Below, one piece after another: positions 1 through 12,692 of a stretch of 20,000 nt of DNA. Origin of the DNA: Saprolegnia diclina VS20 (taxonomy: Eukaryota); the NCBI RefSeq assembly GCF_000281045.1, contig NW_008246068.1:1743790-1763789 (forward strand), read 5' to 3'. Positions within the stretch are counted from its first letter, which is position 1, and every line of letters begins with the position of its first letter. The position numbers and the translations under genes are program-made. Under the pieces are notes generated by a model that saw only the letters and a program-made list of their open reading frames with translations, did no database searches and was not told where the DNA came from.

Positions 1-309
1 CGTCAACCGGGAAACTAACGCGGAGCCATCCGGTTGCGACCGGTTACTTTCCCAAGATCGCCACCCGTATGCATTGCGATCCCGCGTTAGTCGATGTTTG
101 AAGCCGCGTCGATGCAACGCGCCCGTCGACTCTATGTACATTCACTGCTTTCTAGTCGAACGGACATGCGTCTAGTACATACTAGCTCGTCTTGACCCCT
201 CCCAAGTACACTAGCAGTATCTACTTTAGTTCATTGCAGTGGAATGGCGACGTATGGTCTGTTGATGCACAGAAGCGTTCAATAGGACAAGGGATTATAC
301 GAAGCGGTA

Positions 310-2863
310 TCAGTCGTTGTGCCGGCGCGGAGGNNNNNNNNNNNNNNNNNNNNNNNNNNNNNNNNNNNNNNNNNNNNNNNNNNNNNNNNNNNNNNNNNNN
401 NNNNNNNNNNNNNNNNNNNNNNNNNNNNNNNNNNNNNNNNNNNNNNNNNNNNNNNNNNNNNNNNNNNNNNNNNNNNNNNNNGCCCTTTTGCAGGAAGGCT
501 TGGAAGTCGTTGTGCACGGAGGCGAGGAGGTCCCGGGACGCAGCACACGCGATGCGGAAGCTCTGTTCGTTGGCGGCCGAGACGAGCAGCACGAGCGGCT
601 CGTCCGCGTCTTTCCCATTCGACTAGCACGTGGCCATGAGACGACACTATCAAGGTATCAACCCGTACCTCGTAGCCCGAGCCACGCCCGCGCAGGCGCA
701 CCTTGGCGTTGCCCCCGGCGTCGGCAATGATGCGCTTCATGTACGACCCCGCCGGGCCGATGATGCGGCGGACGGGCCCAAACTCGTGGTCGGCTTCAAT
801 CCCCACTGGAATCTTCTCCAAGAGCTCGCCGGTTGCCGTCGTTGTCGTCGTCGTCGTCGTCGTCGGTGCAGAGGTTGTCATGGTCGGTGGAGCCGTCGTC
901 GGCGCCGAGGTCGCGCTTGTCGCCGTCGACGGATCGACGGGCGTGAGCAGCTCGCCGTTGGGCCCGAGGTTGGTCGCGCCGCAGCGCTCGGCAAAGACGT
1001 TGGCGAGGGCTTGCGTGGCCGCGAGCGTGAGCGGCCCGATGCGAATCCCGCGCTCGAGGCCCGGCACGCTCTTGAGGTGGTCGTTGAGCACCGGCGGAGC
1101 GTTCAAGACGACCTGGAACCGGACTTGGATCGGGAACGGTGACGGAACGTTCGGGCTGTGCGCGAACGCGTTGGGCACCATGTTGGGCACGATCGGCGTC
1201 ACGGCTTCAAACATCCCGAGCACGTGGCGGTCCGACATGTTGATCAAGAAGAGCGGTGCCCCGGGGCGCACGTTTTTCGCCGCCACTTGCTCCTACGCAC
1301 AACGAGGTAGGAGGTTGCAATCAGATCTGGTAGCGTACATGGTCTTTGGCGAGCCCGAAGAGCATGCGCCCAAACACCTCGTCGATCGTCGTGCCGTTGC
1401 ACGCAAAGACAAAGCCCGGGAGGTTGACCTGCCACCGGTGCGCGGGCGGCGCCAGCGGAATCGACGGGTCGACAAAGCCGGCGACCGACTCGGCCGCCAT
1501 GCGGCGGCGCGTCGCGAGCTCGAGGGCGCCGCCCGGCAGCTTCATCTCGTCTTCGACCGACTTTAGGTGCAGCCGGATCATCGGGTGGAAGAAGAGCTTG
1601 TGCATGAGTCCATGGCCGCATTCCTTGACGAGCGTCGCGCCGTTCGGTCTACACCAGAGACGACAATCATGTACACGCTTCAGACAACGATGGAGCCTAC
1701 GTCTTGGAGAGCGGTGTCTCGGTCGTCGTTGGGATCGTATCGGCCGTCTCGTACGGGATCTCGGCCGTCCGGAGCCACTGCACGCCGATCGCATGGCGCC
1801 ACTCGCTGTGCGGCAGCGTGGTAGCGTCGAGCGGCGTCGCTGACGCCTCGTCGGCCGGCGCGGGCGGCAGCTGCATGACGCGGGCGACGCACTGGATGTG
1901 CAAACTCGGGCTCACCGTCAAAAACACAAACACCTACGCACGTTAGAACCCTGGACGCCGAGGGAACTGGCGTACGTTGTCGAACGCCATGGACGCGTCC
2001 GTGATCGCCTTGAGCACGGGCAGCGACACGGCCCACTGGTTGTGGTGCATCGACTGCGCGACGTTCTGGTAGCTGGCCGATCGCAGGTAGAAGTACGCCG
2101 AGCGACCCGTGTCGTCCGGCAGCATGGGCGCGTGCACTTCCGGCGCCTTGTGCGAGGGCCCGCTGCTGTGGTGGCCGCGGTCGCCGCCGCGGTCGCTCGG
2201 GCCGCGGTCGCCGCCGCCATGGTGGTTGTCGCCCTTTCCGGCGTCCTTGGGGAACGGCCGAAGCTCCTTCTCGCCGTGGGCGAAATGGCACTCGTCGCCA
2301 AACGGACACGTGCCCTGCTTTTCCCAGTGCTTGCAGATCGCAATCTTGAAGAACTCGTTCACAGGCTACGGAACGCATGAGAGGGCATGGGCGAGCGAGA
2401 GTACATGTACCTGTGTCTTGCGGCGCTTGGCGCTCTCTTCTTCGGCGGCCTTGCTCTGGAGGCCAAAGTCGGCGATGACGGGGCACTCGTCGCGCGGCAG
2501 CTTGACGTGGCGGTACCGACACGCGCTGCCATGGGAGCAAAAGCCCTGCTTGTAGAACGCGCACTCCATGCGGTCCTCGTCGGGCACGTGGCGGAAGGGA
2601 CATTCGGGCACTTGGCACTCCATGCCCCATCGGCACTCGGGCATCTTGGACATATCGTACTGATGCAGGAACTCGCAGTTGTCGCCCTTCATGCAGAGAC
2701 CGCGCAGCCAATGCCGGCAGACGACCGTACCTCGCTTGAAGTCCTTCTTCGCATCTTCGTCCTGCGGCAGCGCCGTCGAGGCCGCGGCGAGCAGCGCGGG
2801 CAGCGCGGCCTCGAAGTCGAAGACAAGAGCTTCCTCGTCGTCGATCCAGATCGTCCCGGGCAT
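310..2863 (-). CDS. CPSF4: CPSF30/CPSF4-like multidomain RNA-binding protein: 3 CPSF30-type CCCH + TIS11-type CCCH + YTH-like + DCD + KH (3' end uncertain because of assembly gap)
   Basis: ATG at 2863. Exons 2863-2411, 2365-1976, 1933-1701, 1648-1339, 1292-669 and 622-(gap at 481) are joined in frame by GT-AG introns of 42-52 nt, giving about 717 codons before the gap. TVVCRHWLRGLCMKGDNCEFLHQYDMSKMPEC...CAFYKQGFCSHGSACRYRH matches CPSF30 fingers. YFYLRSASYQNVAQSMHHNQW...VQWLR is YTH-like. GFVFACNGTTIDEVFGRMLFGL...VRPGAPLFLIN...GMFEA...PFPIQVRF is DCD-like. RRIIGPAGSYMKRI...AKVRLRGRGSG...EPLVLLVS is KH. The stop at 310-312 (PPRRHND*) is a guess, since frame across the gap is unknown. Confidence 0.85.
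334..481. other. Assembly gap (148 N)
   Basis: Run of N in the sequence. Confidence 1.
837..864. repeat. (GTC)n trinucleotide tract encoding poly-Thr in the DCD-KH linker
   Basis: cgtcgttgtcgtcgtcgtcgtcgtcgtc; translates on the minus strand as TTTTTTTTT within a Thr/Ala/Pro-rich linker. Confidence 0.85.
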
Positions 2864-3773
2864 CAGAGCGGTGGACCTTAAAGCTCTGCGGCCGACCGGT
2901 GCTACGGATAATCGATTTTCTATCCGGAATACCACATGTGTAAAACGTGTGCTTCTTTGTTCACCCTGGTGGCAATTTCAAAGGCCATTTCCCAGGTAAT
3001 GCTAGAGCTTACGTCGCGACGAGGGAGCTTCTCCCCTGTATGTTATTTAACACTTTTGGTTAGTTAACATCTCAGGACACGGTTGATGGTCATCGCACCG
3101 GAACGTGGTGACCTTGGCGCCATTAGCAGCGCCTTGTACGGCGTAGACCAGATATTTGGATGAGTCAAGATGCGAGCAAGAGACTGCGATTTGGTGTCCT
3201 TCACGCTTGCTGATCAAATCGTCCCAAGCCTCTAGTGACTTCCAGATTCTCTGCTCCAGATTCGCGGTCTTGGCTGCTTGACGTGCAGCTGGGCGGCTGG
3301 CGTTACCGTGCCGACATGCGTCATGCACCAACGTTGACCAATCGAGGACGTTGACGCGACCAAGTCAGCATGCAGGATTCCATCATGGCATGGACTCTAC
3401 GTCGTGCATGGTGTCCACTCGAGTCACTGAGCGTTGCACTTGATAGACGCAGCTAACTCGGTACATCTACTTTAGACTGAGAAGAAGGCTAGTCGTCTCG
3501 GCAGAGGCGCGATGTGGCGCATCAAGATCGGTCGTCGCGCCTGTCCGGTAACAACATGTGACAGTCGTCGCAACTTCAACGGCAAACTCGTTCGAGTCGT
3601 CTCGACACTCGGTTGCACGTGCGGCAGTGGGCGCTTTGGCGCCGCGAGCCAATCGGCGCCAGCGTAGCAACGTGATGGCTAGCGACATGTCTCAGGAAGC
3701 CACTTGCCGTGCCAAGGTAATCGCCACGGGGCATCCTCGCCATCCACGTTGGCATCCATTTCGCAACTTCATC

Positions 3774-5128
3774 ATGCTTCGCAAGTCGCTCGCCCGGTCC
3801 TTTGCGTCGTCGTCGCTTCTCACGCCCGTCTCGATCGAGTCGACGCGCATGTCCTACGCCGATATCATTGTACGTACCCATATCCTGCCATACCGTATTT
3901 ATATACGATCTTTTCCTTGGTAGGACGACGATGGCGGCGCGCGCGGCCGGTGGCTCAACCACGGCCCGATCCTCGAGCGCATGGACGTCCTCGGCTTTGC
4001 GATCTCGGCCAAGCTCACAAAGGGCCCCGCGGCCACCATCAGCCTCGACCAAGTCCGGTCCCACCGCCCGGTCTTCTACGGCGACCTCTTCCGCCTCGAA
4101 GGCCAAGTGCTCAACGCGAGCCGGTCCGCGACCTCGATTCAGATCACAGGGTACCGCGTCGACGTCTTGACAGGCGACATCCAGCACACGCACGACGCGA
4201 TCATTACGCTCGTGGCCATCGATGGTCAAGGTCGCCCGCGGCCGTCGCTGCCGCCGATGACGTCCGAAGTCGACCCGACCATGATGGACGACCGGTGCGT
4301 CGCTTCGATTCGACTCTACTTTCTCACCGCGCGCTAGGGCGGAGAAGGCGCAGCAGCGCAAGGAGCTGGCGGCCCGCTGGAACGCCGTGCAGGAAGACGT
4401 CGACGCGCTGCCGCGGGTCACGGCCGATATGCTGCAGGAATTCGAGCTGAGCAAGTACCGGCAGTCGTTTGTGCCTGTCAAGGACACGCTCGTCGAGGTC
4501 CAAAACTGGTTCATGCCCAAGCACCTCAACAACAACAACACGATCTTTGGCGGCGACCTTCTCCAGTGGATGGTACGCCCATCGATCCTCAGTGGCCGCG
4601 TCCTTCATGCGCTAAGTAGGACAAGGTGGCGGCCTTCTGTGCTAAGAAGTTTTGCAAAAGCATCAACATGGCGACCGTGTCGGTGAACCGCATTAGCTTC
4701 AAGTCGCCCGTGACCACCGAAGACATTGTGTCAATGCGTGCGCACGTGGTGAGCGTCCGGTACAGTCTACAAGTGCATACGAATATTGTCTTATGTCGTT
4801 GGTTGTATGTAGTCGCCACACGCTCGAGGTCGAAGTCGAGGTGTTTGTCGAGCGCATGGGGTCGGGCGAGAAGAAGAAGTCGCACTCGGGCTATTTCACC
4901 TGCGTCAACCTCGACGCGGCGCAGCGCCCGGCGTTCATCAAGACGGGCCTCGCGGTCGACGAGGCCGACCAGGATGGCATGCGGTACCTGTTGAAGGCGC
5001 AGAAGCGCTGGGAGTTTGACTTGGAAGGCCAGCATCTGCACCAATTCCCGCCTATTCCGCTCTCCAACAACGAGTTCCCAGTCCCGTTCTCGACCCGACA
5101 GCAAGACAAGCTGAACATCAAGATTTAG
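3774..5128 (+). CDS. Double-hotdog acyl-CoA thioesterase, copy 1 (about 385 aa, possible mitochondrial presequence)
   Basis: Exons 3774-3869, 3924-4294, 4338-4572, 4620-4759, 4813-5128 with GT-AG introns. Motifs FMPKHLNNNNTIFGGDLLQWMD, ISFKSPV, HTLEVEVEV and TLVAIDGQGRPRP fit YciA/ACOT-type hotdog folds. N-terminus MLRKSLARSFASSS is Arg/Ser-rich and lacks acidic residues. Confidence 0.88.
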
Positions 5129-5455
5129 ACAACCCACATACCAGAACGTAAGAACTTAACCCCCAATATAGAAATAGACCACCAAGCCCTCTTTTTATGG
5201 CCACGGCAGTGCTTGTTAATACTGCTCAACTCCTTTGAGCGTTTATATCGCACTGAGATTTACGCCCAAGTCGTGCGCTTGGAACCCGAGCGACGGATGT
5301 CGTGTGTATGACGACTGTAGTCAGCAAGCAGATGCAGAAGACCCCTCACGATTCCCGTCCTGGCGAGTTCGGCCATGATCTTGGTGGTATCCGGATTTCT
5401 TGAGTATCCGGATTTCCATGTTGACGGATCTTGGTTAGTTTCCGATCTGGTTGCA

Positions 5456-6865
5456 ATGTGGCGGAAACTACAAAATTTGCATCTTCGGCGCGGCCCCCGG
5501 ACGACGACGATGATGACGACGACGCGGAAGAGCAGCAGCATCACGCTCGAGTCGACGCACATGTCCTTCGCCGACATCATCGTAGGCGTCGCCTCATGCA
5601 TGGCCACATGCGAATGCATCATTTCCTAGGGCGAAGAGAGCCTGCGCGGCCAGTGGCTCAGCCAAGGCCCTGTGCTCGAGCGCATGGACGTCGTCGGCGC
5701 CGCCGTCGCCGCCAAGTACGCCCATCCTTCTACGATCAATGTGCGCATCACGGACGTCTAGGGTCGCCAACGGCCCCGTCGCGACCGTGAGCTTTGACCA
5801 AGTCGATTCGCACAAGCCCGTGTTCCATGGCGACCTCTTCCGCCTCGAGGGCCGCGTCTTGAGCACGAGCAACTCGTCGACGGCCGTGCAGCTCACGGGG
5901 TACCGCGAAGAGATGCTGACGGGCAAGGTCACGCACACGCACGACGCGATCATCACGTTTGTGGCCATTGACGCCAAGGGCCGGCCGCGCCCGGGGCTCC
6001 CGGCGCTCACGTCGTCGTCGCAGCCCGACCTCGTCGCGTTTCTGTACGTCGTCGTCTGCCTCTATGCCATATATTCATGCGGTATGGATATTGTAGGGCG
6101 GAGAAGGCGGTGCATCGCAAGGAGCTCGCGAGTACGTGGCGGACGTACCAGGAAGACGTGGACGCGATGGCGCACATCACCGAGGACATGCTGCAGGTCT
6201 ACCCCATGTCGACGTCGCGCGAGTCGTTCGTGCCGGTGAGGAACACGCTCGTCGAAGTCAAAAACTGGTTCATGCCCAAGCACCTCAACATGAACAACAC
6301 GATCTTTGGCGGCGAAATTCTCCAGTGGATGGTACTCGATTCAGGTATTTGGTATCTGGTATCGACTCAGATTCTGGTGTAGGACCGCGTCGCAGTCTTT
6401 TGCGCGCGCAAGTTTACCCAGAACGTGTCCATGGTCACCATCTCGATGAACCGCATCTTCTTCAAGCTGCCCATCACGCCCGTCGACATTGTGAGCATGA
6501 AGTCGCGCGTTGTCATGGTCCGGTACGCGCTCGTCTCGAATAATTGCGATGACCAGATCTGGTCTGGTAGGCGCCACACCCTCGAGGTCGAAGTCGAAGT
6601 TTTCATCGAGCGCATTGGCCAGAGCGAGAAGCGCAAGTCCCACACGGGGTACTTCACCGTCATCAACCTCGACGAAGGCCAGCACAAACTGCCGCTCAAG
6701 CGCGGCCTCGCCGTCGACGAAGCCGACCAAGAGAGCATGCGGCACCTTCTAAAGGCGCAGAAGCGCTGGGCCTTCCACGTCGACGACCACCTGCTGCACC
6801 AAGTACCGCCGCTCCCGCTCTCCCATGAGAACGCTGGCCCAACGCCGCCGCCCTCGCGCTTGTAG
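5456..6865 (+). CDS. Double-hotdog acyl-CoA thioesterase, copy 2 (about 387 aa, tandem paralog)
   Basis: Exons 5456-5581, 5630-5715, 5762-6043, 6097-6331, 6383-6522, 6571-6865. Collinear with copy 1 (FMPKHLNMNNTIFGGEILQWMD, GDLFRLEG, HTHDAIIT). Start could alternatively be the ATG at 5510. Confidence 0.87.
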
Positions 6866-7186
6866 CTTCGTGTACCTACACCGCCATGATGCTGGTGCTG
6901 GCTCCTGCAATAGATACATGCCTGTTCAAGATCGTCTGCATTTGGGTTGGGTGTTTTTATCCATATTAAATATGGCATCTGCCGCGCACCGATCGGTCGG
7001 GATGACGATGGCTGTAGCAAGGACGTGCGTGCGTTAAGTGGCGTTGAAGGGTTAACCCTTCGAAGCGCTAGCACCGGCGCCGGCGCCATCGCAGCCACGG
7101 CGTCCGTCGATGCAGTTCGACGCGAAGGACGGTAAAGGCCCATGTGCCGAATTTAAGAGGAAGCATGCCGAATATAATTATCAACC

Positions 7187-10016
<2,830 letters not shown>

Positions 10017-10191
10017 CTTCAAGAGCGCTCGCCGGCGATCCATCTACCCTCACGGCGTCATCACACTCTAAGAAATACACTGCTCGCTCGGACTCTGTCT
10101 TGGTCGTAGCAACAGACACTCGTGGCAGCACCAGCGGCGTGCGATTCTAAAGAAGGTGCTCTTTTACGAATCAGGTGCTCTTTTGAGACTT

Positions 10192-11081
10192 ATGACCCAG
10201 ACCTGGTCCGTGGCATCGTGGCCTTCCAAGATGGCCTTCCGTTGCAGACGCTCGAGCTCATGCGTGTGCTCCATGGCATCGTCTTCTATGCGCCCAGCCG
10301 CCTGCAGGAGCACGTGGCAGCGATGCGCGCAGTCCTGCCAGCATGGCTCGCTCGCTATTCCCTCGACCACCTCGATGCGCTCTGGGAGACGCAGGTCCGC
10401 ACACCGCTCTACTACTGCGCGTTCCTCTACGACGACGCGTCCATCTTGCGCCACCTGCATGATCGCGGCCGCTTGCTCTCTCGCTGGATGTTCTGGACAC
10501 CGGCGATCCGCGTCGGCAAGATGGACGTGATCGCCTACCTCTGCAGCGTCGCCGACGCGCGCGCAGAACCGCGGCTCATGGCCACCGCCGCCGAGTGCGG
10601 CAACCTCGAGCTCGTATTGTACCTCGCGCACCAAGGCTGCGACGCCACGGACGCTCTTAATATGGCGTGCAAGCACGGTCACCTCGCGATCGCGCAGCGC
10701 CTGCATGCGCTCGGCCTCGGCGCGTGGGACCCCAAGGTCCTCGGCAGCGTCGCCTCGCGCGGGCACCTCGACGTCCTCTGCTCTCTGCACGATCACGGCT
10801 ACGCGGGCTTCTCGTCGTCGACGCTCACGGCCGCGGCTGCCAATGGCCACTTGGACATCGTCCTCTTCCTCTGCCAACACCGACACGAAGCTCGTCTCGA
10901 TACCGCTCTCGTGGCTGCGGCCACCAACGGGCATGTCCACGTCGTGCGATGGCTCGATCAGCAAACAAACGCATCTGCTGTGCTGCGTGATCGTGGTTCA
11001 GGTCGCCCAGCGTGGGGGCCACCACGCGTTGGTTGCGTACCTTACGCCAGCGGTAGTCTAGCTGCGACGCTGGCAGAGTAA
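10192..11081 (+). pseudogene. Ankyrin-repeat protein gene, probably frameshifted (or affected by sequence errors)
   Basis: Repeats AAECGNLELVLYL, ACKHGHLAIAQRL, AAANGHLDIVLFL, AATNGHVHVVRWL. No in-frame ATG precedes the family N-terminal motif PDLVRGIVAFQDG; the ATG at 10192 is 1 nt out of frame. A last ankyrin-like repeat (VAQRGGHHALVAYL) lies in another frame ending at 11061. Confidence 0.6.
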
Positions 11082-11610
11082 GACATGACGTACTGTATGT
11101 GGTCTTGCAGCGTTCGCAGGAGTGAGCACAGACCTCATGCACGGATGGATAAGCTGTCTCTACGCCACATCCTCCAACTCGGCCCTTTGAAGATGCGACG
11201 TGTGGCCATGAGACGGTGCAAATGAGCGATCTCGATGCTGGACGACGTCAGCGATCGCGTCTGAAGCGCACGCCTGCGCCAAGTACTATCGTTGAACTCC
11301 GACTTCCTCTTATATCTCTCGTTTTGGTGCTCGCTTCGAGCCCGACGAGATGGTGTAGCATCGTTGTGGCACTTGGTCGCGTGACACACCGGGCTGCTAC
11401 ATTGACACTACACGACGATCCTACTCTCGGAAGCATCTGGGTACCGCGGGCGCAGCCGCCACTCGCGGCGCCACCAGCTAGCCCAAGCGCTTGCTACGCC
11501 TGCGTAGCTGTCAGCGCTAGCCGCTCGGGCGCAGCGTTGCCAGCCACGAGCGCAAGGTCGCACGTTCGACCGCCAGAAGATCTACGGAACTGTAACGATG
11601 TGCTGCGCGT

Positions 11611-11706
11611 TGATTGGTCCATGAATTGCGAGAATTGTACGTGATTGGTCCGATCGCACCTGGGTAAGCTACTCGGATCCGTTGGATTCGCCATTTTTCC
11701 ATTTTA
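11611..11706 (+). promoter_or_regulatory. Putative promoter of ankyrin gene 2: two reverse CCAAT boxes plus Inr/FPR-like element
   Basis: TGATTGGTCC occurs at 11611 and 11642. GCCATTTTTCCATTTT just before the ATG at 11709 resembles the oomycete Inr+FPR core promoter consensus (YCAYTYYNCAWTT). Confidence 0.5.
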
Positions 11707-11708
11707 CG

Positions 11709-12692
11709 ATGGGCCGCGTGCTTCGCTTGGCAGACCTGCTCTGGAGCATCACGCGCTTCCAAGACGGCTGCACGCCCGACACGCTCGCGGTGCTGCGCCG
11801 CCTCCGCGCAGCGTACGCGACCAAGGACGCATGCTACTACAACGACCCGGACGACCTCGCCGACGTCTTTGCAAGCTGGCGCAGCCGACGGGGCACCCTC
11901 GGCCTCGCCGTCCTCTGCGACAAGGGCTACGACCGCCACCTCTTTTGTTATGCGCTGCGCATCGGCGACGTCGGCTTAGCGACGTGCGTGGCGACGACGC
12001 GCGCGATCGCGCTTGACGAGCTGCACTGGCTCCTCGCGGCCAAGTATGGGCACGTCGCGGTGCTCGACTTTCTCTACAGCCAGCGCGACGCACTGCCGCT
12101 TTTGCCGTCCTCGCTGCTGAGCGAAGCGGCGCGATGGGGTCACTTGCCGCTGGTGCGCTACCTCCACGAGAAGGGGCTGGACGCGACGCACGTCTTGTAC
12201 TGCGCCGTCATGCACGGCCACGTGCACGTGGCACAGTACGCCCATGCAGAGCGTCTCGGACAGTGGTTCCCGAGCCTTGTCACGAGCGTCGTCTCCAAGG
12301 GCGATGCTGCCATGCTTGCGTTCGTCCTCGCGCATGGCTACGCCGGCGTGACGCCGCGCTCCGTCGTGATCGCAGCCAAGTTTGGCCACTTGGCGCTCGT
12401 GCAGATGCTGTACGCAGAGGCGGACGACACTGCGTTCGAAGAGGCGCTCTTCAAGGCCTCGTGGCACGGCCACCTGCACGTGGTCAAGTGGCTCGACACG
12501 CAGCGACTCGAGGCGGAGGTTCCGCACCGCATTCTGGACGAAGCCAAGATGCCACTGGATGTGATGAAGTACTTTCTACTCGAGCGACGAAGCGACTCGA
12601 CGCGCGCGACCGCGCTGCGCTGCCACCCCATCCACACGCCGCGCCTGACCGCCCACGAGCCCCGCGCCACAATACGCCACGTGTTCGACTAA
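11709..12692 (+). CDS. Ankyrin-repeat protein, intronless (327 aa)
   Basis: Begins MGRVLRLADLLWSITRFQDG; repeats AAKYGHVAVLDFL, AARWGHLPLVRYL, AVMHGHVHVAQY, AAKFGHLALVQML, ASWHGHLHVVKWL. Paralog of the upstream ankyrin gene. Confidence 0.85.
   Translation: MGRVLRLADLLWSITRFQDGCTPDTLAVLRRLRAAYATKDACYYNDPDDLADVFASWRSRRGTLGLAVLCDKGYDRHLFCYALRIGDVGLATCVATTRAIALDELHWLLAAKYGHVAVLDFLYSQRDALPLLPSSLLSEAARWGHLPLVRYLHEKGLDATHVLYCAVMHGHVHVAQYAHAERLGQWFPSLVTSVVSKGDAAMLAFVLAHGYAGVTPRSVVIAAKFGHLALVQMLYAEADDTAFEEALFKASWHGHLHVVKWLDTQRLEAEVPHRILDEAKMPLDVMKYFLLERRSDSTRATALRCHPIHTPRLTAHEPRATIRHVFD

Noticed and set aside
3047..3688. Short minus-strand ORFs (94 and 73 aa) between CPSF30 and thioesterase 1
   Set aside because: No domain similarity, weak codon bias and no consistent splice model; likely divergent promoter region.
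11146..11644. Short ORF MDKLSLRHILQ... and a 142-aa ORF between the ankyrin genes
   Set aside because: Stops early or lacks recognisable homology; could be a relic but is not supportable.
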